A DNA stretch of 64,000 nucleotides from Candidatus Aminicenantia bacterium (GCA_041479905.1 JBGOYY010000007.1:5162-69161), one strand, 5' to 3'; positions 45,183 through 55,479 are shown, numbered from the stretch's first letter. Numbers and translations: made by a program. Notes: generated by a model not told the origin, from the letters alone.

Positions 45183-45821
45183 CTAGAACCCGACTCCGAC
45201 CATGAACATCAGGGCCCTGGTTTTCAGGGTATCGGGATTCGGCATGTCGGACTTATCGATATTGGCCAACCCCAGATCGTAGCGGACGTCGAGGACGAGC
45301 ATGAGCTTATCCAGCTTGTATTCCACGCCGCCGCCGAAAACGAGGCTGAAGTTCGTGCTCTTGAACCACGTCTTGACGTTTTTATCCCATTCTTCAACGC
45401 CGTCCACGTGATACTTTTCATGGGCAGACAGGAGGACACCCACGGCCGGCCCCGCGAATACGATGGGTGTCAGTTTCTTGTCCGGCATGAGGCGGAGCTT
45501 GGCCAGGACGGGGATATGGAGATAATTATATGCATCGATATACTTGTAGACTATTGCCTCGGGTTCGTATGTATAGATTCCGCCCTGCGTCAGGTAGTAG
45601 ATCTCCGGCTGGATGGCGAACGACTTGTTGAGGTTAAAGGCGAAAAAGACGCCGAAGACGGGTTTGCCCAGGAGCTTCGACGCCGAGCTATCATCACTCC
45701 ATTTTTCGCTGGCCAGAGACAGGCCGCCCTTGACGCCAAAGTCGATCGCCGCCGCGACGGGCCGCGGGACAAACGCCGCGAACAACAGGGCCACCGTAAA
45801 AACCAAAATGCCTTTCTTCAT
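45183..45821 (-). CDS. outer-membrane beta-barrel (porin-family) protein
   Basis: Signal peptide. Alternating hydrophobic beta-strand pattern. C-terminal beta-signal ending in Phe (MFMVGVGF). Confidence 0.65.
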   Translation of the reverse strand: MKKGILVFTVALLFAAFVPRPVAAAIDFGVKGGLSLASEKWSDDSSASKLLGKPVFGVFFAFNLNKSFAIQPEIYYLTQGGIYTYEPEAIVYKYIDAYNYLHIPVLAKLRLMPDKKLTPIVFAGPAVGVLLSAHEKYHVDGVEEWDKNVKTWFKSTNFSLVFGGGVEYKLDKLMLVLDVRYDLGLANIDKSDMPNPDTLKTRALMFMVGVGF

Positions 45822-45993
45822 GGATCCCTCTCCTTAAAATAGTTTTTCGCGATCCCGGATTCGAGATCATGAGGGCGGAACGGTATCATGGACTGTATCC
45901 TTGGGTCAATACCCTCCACGGGCCTTGATCTGAAGCGGGATCGCGGCACGCGTACTCGGGCAAATCGCTACGGAAGACCGGGCGATCGCGCCC

Positions 45994-47373
45994 CTAAAAC
46001 GGTCCGAGGCGGATGGCGTTGGCCAGGATGACCGCGCCGCAGCCGATTGCCAGCCAGATGGCGAGGAGAGGCAGGAGCCAGCGGACCCAGGTCGTCCAGG
46101 GGATCTTCAGGATGCCCAGCGCGGCCATGAAATAACCCTGGGTCGGGATGAAGACGTTGGTCAGGCCGTTGCCGAGCTGGTAGGCCAGGACGTTGGTTTG
46201 GCGGGTGACACCGACGAGGTCGCCGAGCGGCGCGAGGATGGGCATGGAGACGGCTGCTTGGCCGCTTCCCGAGGGCACGATGAAATGGAGCAGGTTCTGC
46301 ATGAGGTAGATGCCCACGGCGCTCAGCCAGGACGACCAGCCCTGGGTGGTCACGACCAGGGCATGGGTGATGGTGTCGATGACCCGGGCGTCCCGTAAAA
46401 CCACGAGCGTCGCCCGGGCCAGGCCGACGATAAGGGCGGCGTAGGTGATGTCGGCGGCGCCTTGGATGAAAGCCCTGACCGTATCGTCGAGCGACAGCCC
46501 TCCGATGGGGCCGGCAACGAGGGCCAGTCCGAAAAAGAGACCGGAGAGCTCGAGGATGCCCCAGTGCCAGCGGATCGCTCCGACCACGAGCAGGACGAGC
46601 GCTCCCAGCAAGGCGGCCAGGACGAGCGGCTGCTTCCTGGTGAAAGGCTCGGCCTTGTCCGCGTCCGGCAGGGGTTCGCGCGTCTTGTCGAATTCATACA
46701 TTCGGCTGATGTCGGGTTTGGCCCCGACGCGCCGCGCATAACGCGTCATGAAAACGACGGTCACGGCCGTCATCACCGCCCAGAGCCCGAGCCGGAAGCC
46801 CATCCCGGAGAAGAGCGGCAGGCCGACGATGCCCTGGGCGACGCCGACGGTGAACGGATTCATGAAAGCGGCGGCGAAACCGGCGTTGGCCCCGACCAGG
46901 GCGATGCCTCCGGCGACGAGCGAATCGTAGCCGAGCGACCGGGCGAGAAGAAGGAGCGCCGGCAGGAAGACGAGCGTTTCCTCGGCGATGCCGATCGTGC
47001 CTCCGCCGACGGCGAAGACGACGGTAAGGAGCGGCACGATGAGCGCCTTGTTCTGTCCGAACCGCCGGACCAGCGTGCTGACGCCGGCCTGGATGACTCC
47101 GGTCCTGTTCAGGACCCCGAACGCGCCGCCGAGGATGAAAATGTAGAAGACGATCTCGGCGATCTCCCGGAGGCCCCGGGGGAAAGCGAGGATGAACGCG
47201 CCGAACCCGGCCGGGCGGGCCTCGACGGGATGATAGGACAGGGGGTCGACCACTTCCCTGCCCTGTTCGACGACGCGGGTGTAGCTTCCGGCGGGGATGA
47301 TCCAGGTCGTGACGGAGGCCAGCGCGAGCAGACCGATGAGCAGGACGTAGGTATGCGGGACGCGGCTCTTCAT
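45994..47373 (-). CDS. YfcC-family (DcuC-like) membrane transporter
   Basis: 459-aa multi-TM product starting MKSRVPHTYVLLIGLLALASVTTWIIPAGSY. The 5' part of the track ORF (to 48018) is an Arg-rich read-through across the upstream gene. Confidence 0.7.
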   Translation of the reverse strand: MKSRVPHTYVLLIGLLALASVTTWIIPAGSYTRVVEQGREVVDPLSYHPVEARPAGFGAFILAFPRGLREIAEIVFYIFILGGAFGVLNRTGVIQAGVSTLVRRFGQNKALIVPLLTVVFAVGGGTIGIAEETLVFLPALLLLARSLGYDSLVAGGIALVGANAGFAAAFMNPFTVGVAQGIVGLPLFSGMGFRLGLWAVMTAVTVVFMTRYARRVGAKPDISRMYEFDKTREPLPDADKAEPFTRKQPLVLAALLGALVLLVVGAIRWHWGILELSGLFFGLALVAGPIGGLSLDDTVRAFIQGAADITYAALIVGLARATLVVLRDARVIDTITHALVVTTQGWSSWLSAVGIYLMQNLLHFIVPSGSGQAAVSMPILAPLGDLVGVTRQTNVLAYQLGNGLTNVFIPTQGYFMAALGILKIPWTTWVRWLLPLLAIWLAIGCGAVILANAIRLGPF

Positions 47374-47378
47374 CGCGA

Positions 47379-48548
47379 TCAAGCCGCCGTGAAGCGCCGG
47401 GCCGCGGCGGCGTAGAGGCGCGCGGCGAGATAAACGTCCTCGAGAAGGATGCTCTCCTCCGCGGAATGAGCCAGGGCGAGCGCCCCCGGTCCCCAGACGA
47501 TGGTCGGTATGCCGGCCTCGCGGGAGATGAGGGCTCCGTCGGTCCACGCCGGGAAGACGGCCGTCGGAGGAGCGGGCCGGCCCAGATCTCCGAACGCTTG
47601 AAGCGCGGAACGCACGAGAGCATGATCGGGATCGATGACGAGCGGACCGTGGAGCATCGTGGCCATGCCGCCGGGCATCCGAGAGAGCTTCGTCTTGAGG
47701 CCGGGGAGCCCCTCCCGGACCCGCGCGAGCAGAGTTTCGATGTCCCCGAAAACCTGATCGATCGTTTCGGTCGAGACCCAGCGCCTGTCGAGCTGGAGCC
47801 GGCAGTTGGCGGCGACCATGCTCGGCTGTTGTCCGCCCGAAATCGTGCCCATGTTGATCGCGGGAAGGCCCAGGACCGGGTCGCGCCTCCGTTCGAACCC
47901 GGGGACGAGGTCCTTCTCGACGAGCGAGACGAAACGGGCCGCGGCGACGATGGCGCTGATCCCCGCCTCGGGCGTACTGCCGTGGGCGGCCTGGCCTTCG
48001 AATTCGACCTCGAGCCATTCTAATCCCTTGTGGCCGATGGCCACCCTGTTCTCGGTGGGCTCACCGATGACCGCCCCGTCGGCCTTGAAGCCGGAGGCGA
48101 TGAGGGCTTCGGCGCCCAGGCTCTCCATCTCCTCGTCGATGACCGCGGCCAGTGTGACCGATCCCGAAGCGGGGCCGCCTGACTCCTTCAGCAGGACGAG
48201 GGCCCCGGCCATGGCTGCCAGCGCGCCCTTCATGTCGACGCTCCCCCGCCCGAAGAGGCGGCCGTTCTCGACCGTGGCCGCGAAGAGGTCCACCGATGCC
48301 CCGGCATTCGGCGGCACGGTGTCCATGTGCCCGCAGAAGAGGAGGTGCGGTCCGGGTTTCTCGCCGGCGACCGTCGCCAGCAAGTTCGGCCGGCCCTCCC
48401 GGACCTCGACGAGTGTCGAGGGGATGCCGTGCTTTCGGAGATAGGCTTCGAGCACGCGGACGGCGGCCTCTTCCTGCCGAGCTACCCCGGGGTAGCTCGG
48501 AGCCCTGACCATCGCCTGCAGAAGTTCACGGATTTCGCGGTCGTCCAT
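47379..48548 (-). CDS. M20-family metallopeptidase (ArgE/DapE-like deacylase)
   Basis: GGAAGGAGG RBS before the ATG at 48548. LLFCGHMDTVP metal-binding block, GRGSVDMKG, DEEMES. Confidence 0.8.
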   Translation of the reverse strand: MDDREIRELLQAMVRAPSYPGVARQEEAAVRVLEAYLRKHGIPSTLVEVREGRPNLLATVAGEKPGPHLLFCGHMDTVPPNAGASVDLFAATVENGRLFGRGSVDMKGALAAMAGALVLLKESGGPASGSVTLAAVIDEEMESLGAEALIASGFKADGAVIGEPTENRVAIGHKGLEWLEVEFEGQAAHGSTPEAGISAIVAAARFVSLVEKDLVPGFERRRDPVLGLPAINMGTISGGQQPSMVAANCRLQLDRRWVSTETIDQVFGDIETLLARVREGLPGLKTKLSRMPGGMATMLHGPLVIDPDHALVRSALQAFGDLGRPAPPTAVFPAWTDGALISREAGIPTIVWGPGALALAHSAEESILLEDVYLAARLYAAAARRFTAA

Positions 48549-48633
48549 CGCTCCTCCTTCCGGCGCGCCTTCGCCGACACTATATATATTGCATTCCCAC
48601 CTCGCATTCAAATTCAGATCGCTCATTTTTTTC

Positions 48634-48662
48634 TTGACTCCATCCTTGTGGCGGTCTATGCT
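48634..48662 (+). promoter_or_regulatory. promoter (TTGACT-17-TATGCT) for the 48693 gene
   Basis: TTGACT at 48634-48639 and TATGCT at 48657-48662. Confidence 0.4.
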
Positions 48663-48692
48663 TTTTCCAGGCAGATCACTAGGGGGTGAACA

Positions 48693-49721
48693 ATGCGCGT
48701 GAGAGTCAAATCGTTGGGAGTCCTGGTTTCCATTTTGTTGTTCACGTGTTTATTCAGCTGGCCGGAGGAAGCCAAGAAAGGGCCCGATAAGGCCATGGTG
48801 ACAAACCCGGAAATCAATGGGACCGACCTGCTGTTCCCGCCGGGCTTTGATGGGCTCTATGATAAAATCTATTATGAAACCAGGGGCGCGACAGGCGAGC
48901 CGACGAAGAAGTCCTCGGCCCTTTCTCTCAGGCTCTACGGCGGATTCAGCCGTCTGGCGGCGGGGGATTTGAATGAGGGCTTCGATGGCTACTTCGAGTT
49001 ACTCGAGCTCTATGAGGCCATGGGGGCCGGGTCCATCACGACAGGCGGTTACAGTCCTCTTCACGCCGGGTACAACTACGGAGCCGACCTCGTTTTCCAG
49101 CTCAGCCCCAACATCGGCGTGGGTATCGGCGCCGGTTACCTGCAGAGCTCCAAGAGCTCCCTCATGACGTTTTCCATTGACGACGGAGAGCTCACGTTGA
49201 TGGGTACGCCGAAGCTGAGCGCCATGCCCATCCGGCTTGCGGTGTTCTTGACCCTTCCCCTCGGCGGAAATTTGAGTGTAACAGCCGACGCCGGCGCGAC
49301 CTATTACTCCGCGCTCAAGCTCGACGCCACGCAACGATTTGAATTTGATGCGGATAATTGGCAAGAGACATCACTCAGCGCCAGCCGGAGCAGCCTGTCC
49401 GACAATTTGGGCTTCCAGGGCAGTTTGGGATTCGAGTACAAGATCTCCCAAAAAATGGGCTTTTTCATCGAAGCCGTCGGCCGCTGCGCCCGCTTCAAGA
49501 ACTTCGACATGGCCACGGGAACGTCCCAGAACAGCGGCGGAGCTCCGGAGACCGACGAGGGCAAAATCTATCTGTTGACTTACGATTATCCGGAAGGAAC
49601 GTATAGCGCGTTCACGATCTCGGCAGAACCCCTCATCACCATCCCCGAGGTCACGGTCCGTGAGCCGAAAATCGACCTCAGCGGCTATAGCCTTCAGGCG
49701 GGGATCCGCATCCGCCTTTAG
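48693..49721 (+). CDS. secreted hypothetical protein, possibly beta-barrel
   Basis: Signal peptide (LGVLVSILLFTCLFS). Alternating-residue beta-strand-like segments. No recognisable motif. Confidence 0.45.
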   Translation: MRVRVKSLGVLVSILLFTCLFSWPEEAKKGPDKAMVTNPEINGTDLLFPPGFDGLYDKIYYETRGATGEPTKKSSALSLRLYGGFSRLAAGDLNEGFDGYFELLELYEAMGAGSITTGGYSPLHAGYNYGADLVFQLSPNIGVGIGAGYLQSSKSSLMTFSIDDGELTLMGTPKLSAMPIRLAVFLTLPLGGNLSVTADAGATYYSALKLDATQRFEFDADNWQETSLSASRSSLSDNLGFQGSLGFEYKISQKMGFFIEAVGRCARFKNFDMATGTSQNSGGAPETDEGKIYLLTYDYPEGTYSAFTISAEPLITIPEVTVREPKIDLSGYSLQAGIRIRL

Positions 49722-49791
49722 GAGGTGCGCGCTTGACTCTTGGGGGCAGGTCGTCTCTAATAGAGGCATCCCCGAAGAGGAGACCCGCACA

Positions 49792-50589
49792 ATGATCAAT
49801 AAGAAAAAAGCCACCATCCTGGTCGCGGCCCTGGTTGTCCTGGCCGTAGCAGCCATCATCATCCTGTTCCAGGGCCAAGCCGCAGCCGAGCCCCCGCAGG
49901 CCGTGCCGGCCCAGCCGGCCCAGACGACCCCGCAGGCCGAGGTCCGGCCCAATCCGGCGATCGTCGGCCAACCCATGCCCGACTTCACCCTGCCCGTCTA
50001 CCAGGGCGGTTCGTTGAGCCTTTCGTCCCTCCGCGGCAAGAACGTCCTCATCCTCTTCCCGCGCGGCTACGCGGCCGAGAACTACTGGTGCACGATCTGC
50101 AACTACCGCTACGTCGAACTCGCCGAGATCGAGAAGGCGCAGAAAATCCAGGCGAAGTACAACGTCGAAGTCCTGGTCGTCTTCCCCTACCCCCAGGACA
50201 TCGTCAAGGCCTGGCTCGAGGCCCTGCCCGGCCAGCTCGAGTCGGTCAGGAACACGAAAAATCCAGCCGACCCGTCCAAGCTCGACGAAAAGGCAAAGGT
50301 CCGGATGGCGCGCTTCCGCCAGCTCTTCCCCGCCGATTACTCGCTCGAGAAGGGCACGATCCTGGCCCCTTTCCCCATCCTCGTCGATGGCGAGCGGAAG
50401 CTTTCCAAGAGCCTGGGTCTCTTCCAGACGGAATGGAATGGCAGCAAGGTCGACCAGAACATCCCGAGCGTCTATATCATCGACGCCAACGGGGTGCTCC
50501 AGTTCAAGTACCTCGGCCAGAACACTGTCGACCGCCCAGCCTACGACTACCTCTTCAAGGTCCTCGAGGTCATCAACGGGCAAAAGTAG
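49792..50589 (+). CDS. membrane-anchored thioredoxin-fold (AhpC/TSA/redoxin-like) protein
   Basis: N-terminal TM anchor. FTLPVYQGGSLSLSSLRGKNVLILFPRGYAAENYWCTICNYRY has a peroxiredoxin-like layout with a CxxC. Start moved from 49660. Confidence 0.55.
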   Translation: MINKKKATILVAALVVLAVAAIIILFQGQAAAEPPQAVPAQPAQTTPQAEVRPNPAIVGQPMPDFTLPVYQGGSLSLSSLRGKNVLILFPRGYAAENYWCTICNYRYVELAEIEKAQKIQAKYNVEVLVVFPYPQDIVKAWLEALPGQLESVRNTKNPADPSKLDEKAKVRMARFRQLFPADYSLEKGTILAPFPILVDGERKLSKSLGLFQTEWNGSKVDQNIPSVYIIDANGVLQFKYLGQNTVDRPAYDYLFKVLEVINGQK

Positions 50590-50643
50590 GCCGTTTCCAC
50601 CAAGCTTTTCCGTCCTCCTTCGACTAAACGGGTGGAGGAACCG

Positions 50644-50949
50644 ATGAAAAAGACCGCCTTAGCCATATTGGCCGCCTTTTTCCTGACAATCGTGTCCGGC
50701 TACGCGGCTACGAAACCGCGGATCGCTCCTCCCCCGCTCCGGGTCGAGGTCATCACCGTCAGGCCAAGCCCCAATCACGTCTGGGTGGCGGGCACCTGGA
50801 AGTGGGCCGGCGTCAACTATGTTTGGGTCGAAAGCCGTTGGGTCAAGGTGAAGCCGAATAAGGCCTGGGTCCCGGGGAATTGGAAGCAGGTAGGCAGTTA
50901 TTGGGCCTGGACGCCCGGGCGCTGGGAAAAGATCAATAAAAAGAAGTAA
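50644..50949 (+). CDS. small secreted W-x-x-G-x-W repeat protein
   Basis: GGAGGA RBS. Signal peptide. Repeats HVWVAGTWKW, YVWVESRWV, AWVPGNWK, WAWTPGRWE. Confidence 0.6.
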   Translation: MKKTALAILAAFFLTIVSGYAATKPRIAPPPLRVEVITVRPSPNHVWVAGTWKWAGVNYVWVESRWVKVKPNKAWVPGNWKQVGSYWAWTPGRWEKINKKK

Positions 50950-50963
50950 CCGCCTCTTCGTTC

Positions 50964-50993
50964 TTGACATCCTTCTGCCGCCGGTCCTATAGT
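50964..50993 (+). promoter_or_regulatory. promoter (TTGACA-18-TATAGT) for the MFS gene
   Basis: TTGACA at 50964-50969 and TATAGT at 50988-50993. Confidence 0.45.
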
Positions 50994-51036
50994 CGGTTCA
51001 GTGCGGCCTCGCGCTCCGATGAAGGAGGTCAATTCG

Positions 51037-52269
51037 ATGGAAAGTGAACCGATCAAGATCTATCGTTATCGCTGGCTCGTGCTCCTCGCTTTCGTTCTCG
51101 TTGGCCTCATGACCCAGGTGCTCTGGATCACATTCGCCCCGATCACGAGCGCCGCCGCCGTTTTTTACGGAAAGTCCGACCTCATGATCGGGCTTCTGTC
51201 CATGGTCTTCATGATCGTCTATATCCTCGTCGTCCTGCCCGCGGCTTGGGCCATCGACACCTGGGGCTTTAAGGCCGCCGTCGGGCTCGGCGCCGTCCTG
51301 ACCGCCGTCTTCGCGCTCCTGCGCGGCCTCTTCGCTTCGAACTACACGGTCGTTTTCATCTCCCAGGTCGGGATCGCCGTCGGACAGCCGCTGGTGATCG
51401 GCGCCATCACCAAGATCGCGGCCCGCTGGTTCCCGGTCAAGGAACGGGCGACGGCCTCCGGAGTGGGCACGTTGGCGCTTTACCTCGGCCCTCTGGCGGC
51501 CATGTTGCTCACTCCCTACTTATACCTGCGCATCGGCATGAGCCGGATGCTCCTTCTCTACGGCGTCGCCTCGGCCGTCGCGGCGGGCTTTTTCCTTCTC
51601 GTCGCCCGCGAGCACCCGCCCACGCCGGCCGGCCGCGACGAGCGCGCCTTGATGCTCGACGGCCTCAAATCGATGCTCCGCCGGCGCGACTTCCTCTTCC
51701 TCCTGATCATGTTCTTCATCGGATTGGGCATGTTCAACAGCATATCGACCTGGGTCGAGGACATCGTCCGGCCGCGCGGCTTCTCCATCTCCCAGGCCGG
51801 GGCGCTCGGCGGCCTGATGCTCGTCGGCGGCATCGTCGGCGCGGTCGTCATCCCGCTCGTTTCCGACAGGTCTCGCCGCAGGAAGCCGTTCATCTTCATG
51901 GCCTTCGCCGGGCTCATCCCCGGGCTCATCGGCATGACCTACGCCACGAGCTACGGCCTGCTCCTCCTGTCGGGTTTCGTCTTCGGATTCTTCCTGCTGA
52001 GCGCCGGACCTATCGGCTTCCAGTACGCGGCCGAGATCACCCATCCCGCTCCGGAAGGCACGTCCAACAGCCTGCTCTTGCTGATGGGCCAGATCTCGGG
52101 CATCGTTTTTATCATGGGCATGGACGCCATGAAGGACCGGGCGACCGGGGCCATGACGACTTCGCTCCTCGTTCTCGCCGCTCTCGCCGTCGCCGGCGCC
52201 GTCCTCGCCACCTTCGTCCGGGAATCGCCCGTGTTCAGCGAGCACCGCCCGCCGTCGGGAAGGGAGTGA
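51037..52269 (+). CDS. MFS transporter
   Basis: About 12 TM segments with MFS-like loop motifs. GAAGGAGG RBS before the ATG at 51037. The track's GTG at 51001 would lie at the predicted transcription start. Confidence 0.75.
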   Translation: MESEPIKIYRYRWLVLLAFVLVGLMTQVLWITFAPITSAAAVFYGKSDLMIGLLSMVFMIVYILVVLPAAWAIDTWGFKAAVGLGAVLTAVFALLRGLFASNYTVVFISQVGIAVGQPLVIGAITKIAARWFPVKERATASGVGTLALYLGPLAAMLLTPYLYLRIGMSRMLLLYGVASAVAAGFFLLVAREHPPTPAGRDERALMLDGLKSMLRRRDFLFLLIMFFIGLGMFNSISTWVEDIVRPRGFSISQAGALGGLMLVGGIVGAVVIPLVSDRSRRRKPFIFMAFAGLIPGLIGMTYATSYGLLLLSGFVFGFFLLSAGPIGFQYAAEITHPAPEGTSNSLLLLMGQISGIVFIMGMDAMKDRATGAMTTSLLVLAALAVAGAVLATFVRESPVFSEHRPPSGRE

Positions 52270-52288
52270 CGAGAAGGCCGGCCGCCGG

Positions 52289-52753
52289 TCAGTCCGGCGA
52301 CGTCAGCGCCGCGTAGCAGAACCTACGGTAGTGTTCGATGATGTCGTGGATGACGTCGTCCTTGTCCATCTTGAGGACTTCGAGGGGGAACAGCCCGGGC
52401 ATAAAGTCCTCGTCCGTCGTCAGATAATCCGCCGTCGGCGTCCGCCGCGCCTTGACCTGGAGCTTGAGGCGAAGCTCCACGGCGTTCTTGGGCAGGGAGA
52501 TCCGGTAATGGAGCTGGTCGTCCTTCGTGCCCGGAAAGCAGACGCTGAAACGGATGTCCCGGTCCGTGTTCTTTTTCTGGCGGGACTTGATCCGGAAGAG
52601 GGCCAGCTCGTCGGCCAGGCTCTCGAAGGCGGGCTCGGCGATAAACTCGCAGAATTGGTTGAAATAGCCGATGGTCTCCGTCTGGCAGCGCTCGATGACC
52701 CGGAGGCTGTCGAAGTGGTGGGTGAGTTCCGTCTTCCAGTCGATCTTGCCCAT
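52289..52753 (-). CDS. hypothetical cytoplasmic protein (154 aa)
   Basis: Codon usage is coherent from MGKIDWKTELTHHF onward. No recognisable domain. The upstream part of the track ORF was dropped. Confidence 0.45.
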   Translation of the reverse strand: MGKIDWKTELTHHFDSLRVIERCQTETIGYFNQFCEFIAEPAFESLADELALFRIKSRQKKNTDRDIRFSVCFPGTKDDQLHYRISLPKNAVELRLKLQVKARRTPTADYLTTDEDFMPGLFPLEVLKMDKDDVIHDIIEHYRRFCYAALTSPD

Positions 52754-53043
52754 CGTGGACTCCGCGCTCGGGGATTTTTCGTATGATAGCACAATCGGCG
52801 GGTCGTTGGAACAGGAAAGTGGGGCCGGGCGCGGCACCAACCCCTCCCTCGGGAGGGGGGGTGAGTGCCGGCTGAGGTCAGCAAAAGGGGGGTGATGATA
52901 AGTTTTTTGAGGGAGCCCTCTTCAGCCGGCGAAAGAGAGCCGATATCATTATAGCCGGTCCCGAAAATAAATCAAGAATGAAATTCTGAATTCCCAAACT
53001 CCCGCGATTGGCATAAGATGGAGGGAGCGAGGAGGCGATCGAC

Positions 53044-53898
53044 ATGAGAAAATCCCCCGTACTCCCGGCATCGATCTTCCTGGCTGTCCTGCTGGCGGCG
53101 GCGGCGTTCGCACAGACAGCCGACCCGGCCAAGAACGCGGCGAAACCGCCGACGACGCGCGAGATGAACCTGATGTGCTGGCAGGAGTTCGGCGAGCTCG
53201 TCCCGGCACGGGTCAGGACGGTCCTCGTCCCGTTCGGCTCCCTGGAACCCCACGGCGTCATCCCCAACGGCACCGACAACCTCGCCCCGGAGGCCATGGC
53301 CCGGGATATCGCGGCGAGGGTCGACGCCCTGATCGCCCCGACCCTGAACTATGGCGTAACCGACGCAATGAAGGCCTTCCCGGGAGCCGTCTCCATCCCG
53401 CCCGAGGTCTACTCGCCCTTCGCCGAGACCGTCCTCGACAACCTGGCCGCGAACGGCTTCAAGAACATCATCGTCCTCAACGGGCACGGCGGCAACACGG
53501 CGGCGTTGAACGCGGCCGCGACTCGCGTCGCCAACGCCCGCCGCGTCCGGGTCCTCGTCGTCAACTGGTGGACCCTGGCCGACGACATCACCAAGGCCGT
53601 CTTCAAGCAAAATGGCGGGCACGCCGGCAACAACGAGACGGCCTATATCCAGGCCTTTTTGCCCGAATACATCCATCCCGAGCGCTACAAACCGGAGATG
53701 GCCTCGCCCAACGCCCCGGCCGGGGCCTATTACGCCGCGCCGGTGGCCTCGACGATCCTCCTCTACGAGAAGGGCCAAGGCTATCCGACCTTCGACGCCG
53801 TCCAGGCCCGGGAGTATTTCCGCAAGGTCAACGACCGGGTCGCCGAGCTTGTCCTCGACACGATCAAGAAGTGGGACCTCGCCGGCGTCTACGAATGA
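53044..53898 (+). CDS. creatininase-family amidohydrolase with signal peptide
   Basis: LVPFGSLEPHG and VLNGHGGN blocks. GGAGG RBS. Confidence 0.7.
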   Translation: MRKSPVLPASIFLAVLLAAAAFAQTADPAKNAAKPPTTREMNLMCWQEFGELVPARVRTVLVPFGSLEPHGVIPNGTDNLAPEAMARDIAARVDALIAPTLNYGVTDAMKAFPGAVSIPPEVYSPFAETVLDNLAANGFKNIIVLNGHGGNTAALNAAATRVANARRVRVLVVNWWTLADDITKAVFKQNGGHAGNNETAYIQAFLPEYIHPERYKPEMASPNAPAGAYYAAPVASTILLYEKGQGYPTFDAVQAREYFRKVNDRVAELVLDTIKKWDLAGVYE

Positions 53899-54039
53899 TA
53901 AGCCCGTTTGCCTCCCCCGGCCTGAGCCCTAAGCAGACCCCAGGCTTCAGGCCCGGGGCAGGCCTAGGGCTAATACTGAGCGGCGCTTTTACACCGATTT
54001 GCAAAGATTAGCAAATCGGGGTCGGCGCCAGCGAATGTA

Positions 54040-55401
54040 TCAGGCGGCGCGGAGCAGGAAGACGCGCAGGTCCATGACGTTCGTCCCGGTCGGTCCGGTG
54101 ACGATCAGGTAGCCCGTCTGTTTGAAAAAAGAATAGGAATCGTTGTCGTCGAGATAGGCGGCCGGATCGAGGCGCATGGCGCGGGCGCACCCGGCCGTCG
54201 ACGCGTCGGCCCAGGCGCCGGCGGCGTCGGTCGGGCCGTCGATGCCGTCGGTCCCCAGGCTCAGGATGAACCAGTCGAGGCCCTCGGTATCTATTTTCCC
54301 CATCTCGACGAGAGCGGCCAGGACGAACTCGGTATTGCGGCCTCCCCTCCCCTTCCCTTTCACCGTGACCGTGAGCTCCCCTCCCGCCAGGAAGCAGAGC
54401 GGCCGCGGCAGGGAGGCCGCGGAGCAGGTCAGCCCGGCCAGGAAAGCGGCGTAGTTCGCGGCGACCTTCCTGGCTTCGCCGCTGTCGGAGGACGACAGGA
54501 AGACCGTCTCGAAACCGCGCTTATCCGCTTCGTGTTTAGCCGCGCGAAGCGCGGTCATGTTATCGCCCACGACGAACGCGTGGGCCCGCGCGAAGACGGG
54601 GTCGCCCTCCTTGAGGGTCTCTTCGATCTCGCCGCGGCTGCCTTCTTCGAGCCGGGCCCGGACCAGGGCCGGGGCCGAATCCCAGAGGCCGTAGCGCTCG
54701 AGGACGCCGCGGGCATCGGCGAAGGTCGACACGTCCCAGTGCGTCGGACCCGAGGCGATCGTGCCGAGGTCATCGCCGACGACATCGGAGAGGACGAGCG
54801 TCACCACGGTCGCCGGGAAGGCCGCCTTGGCCAGCCGCCCGCCCTTGACGGCGGAAAGGTGTTTCCGCACGGCGTTGAGCTCGTCGACGGTCGCCCCGGC
54901 GCGAAGCAGGTCGTCGGTCAGGCGCCGCTTCTTTTCGAGCGTGATCCCGTCGGCGGGAAGCGTGAGGAGCGACGAACCGCCGCCCGAAATGCAGACGAAG
55001 ACGAGGTCCTTCTCCCCCGCTTTGCCGGTGATCTCGAGCGCCCGGCGGGCGGCTTCGACGCTTCGGGCGTCCGGGATGGGATGGGAAGCCTCGATGTATT
55101 CGAGCTTGGGAACCGTCTTTACGCCCGGCCCGGGAACGACCACGAGTCCCGAGGTCAGCCGCTCGCCGAGGATATCGGCGAGCGCGCCGGCCATGGCCGC
55201 GGCGGCCTTGCCGAAAACGACAAGGAAGACCTTCTCGAAGCCGGCCAGGTCGAATGTCGTCCCTTTGATCCGGACGAGGTTGTCCTCGCGGACGACGCTC
55301 TCCCGGACGAGGCGCTCCGGCTCGACCGCCGCGATGGCGGCCCGCCAGATGGCCTCCGCGTCGCTCAGGAAGCCGCCTTCGGCCTGTGTGTTTTCGCTCA
55401 T
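54040..55401 (-). CDS. glycerate kinase (DUF4147 + MOFRL type)
   Basis: 453 aa from MSENTQ. VFGKAAAAMA, SGGGSSLL, LAGGELTV, GTDGIDGPTDAAGA blocks. Confidence 0.8.
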   Translation of the reverse strand: MSENTQAEGGFLSDAEAIWRAAIAAVEPERLVRESVVREDNLVRIKGTTFDLAGFEKVFLVVFGKAAAAMAGALADILGERLTSGLVVVPGPGVKTVPKLEYIEASHPIPDARSVEAARRALEITGKAGEKDLVFVCISGGGSSLLTLPADGITLEKKRRLTDDLLRAGATVDELNAVRKHLSAVKGGRLAKAAFPATVVTLVLSDVVGDDLGTIASGPTHWDVSTFADARGVLERYGLWDSAPALVRARLEEGSRGEIEETLKEGDPVFARAHAFVVGDNMTALRAAKHEADKRGFETVFLSSSDSGEARKVAANYAAFLAGLTCSAASLPRPLCFLAGGELTVTVKGKGRGGRNTEFVLAALVEMGKIDTEGLDWFILSLGTDGIDGPTDAAGAWADASTAGCARAMRLDPAAYLDDNDSYSFFKQTGYLIVTGPTGTNVMDLRVFLLRAA

Positions 55402-55450
55402 GCGACCACTATAACCTAATCCCGGGGGTCGCCGCCAGAGGGGGAAGACC

Positions 55451-55479
55451 TTGACACGAACGGGGCCGCGAAATACCAT
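55451..55479 (+). promoter_or_regulatory. promoter (TTGACA-17-TACCAT) for the dienelactone hydrolase gene
   Basis: TTGACA at 55451-55456 and TACCAT at 55474-55479. Confidence 0.4.

Noticed and set aside
53994-54019. 9-bp-stem hairpin CCGATTTGC-AAAGATTA-GCAAATCGG between the convergent creatininase-family and glycerate kinase genes, considered as a bidirectional terminator
   Set aside because: There is no U-tract on either strand. It may still be a structural element but is not called as an intrinsic terminator. The GCCGC-ATGT-GCGGC hairpin after ndk (7948-7961) is similarly too weak to call.
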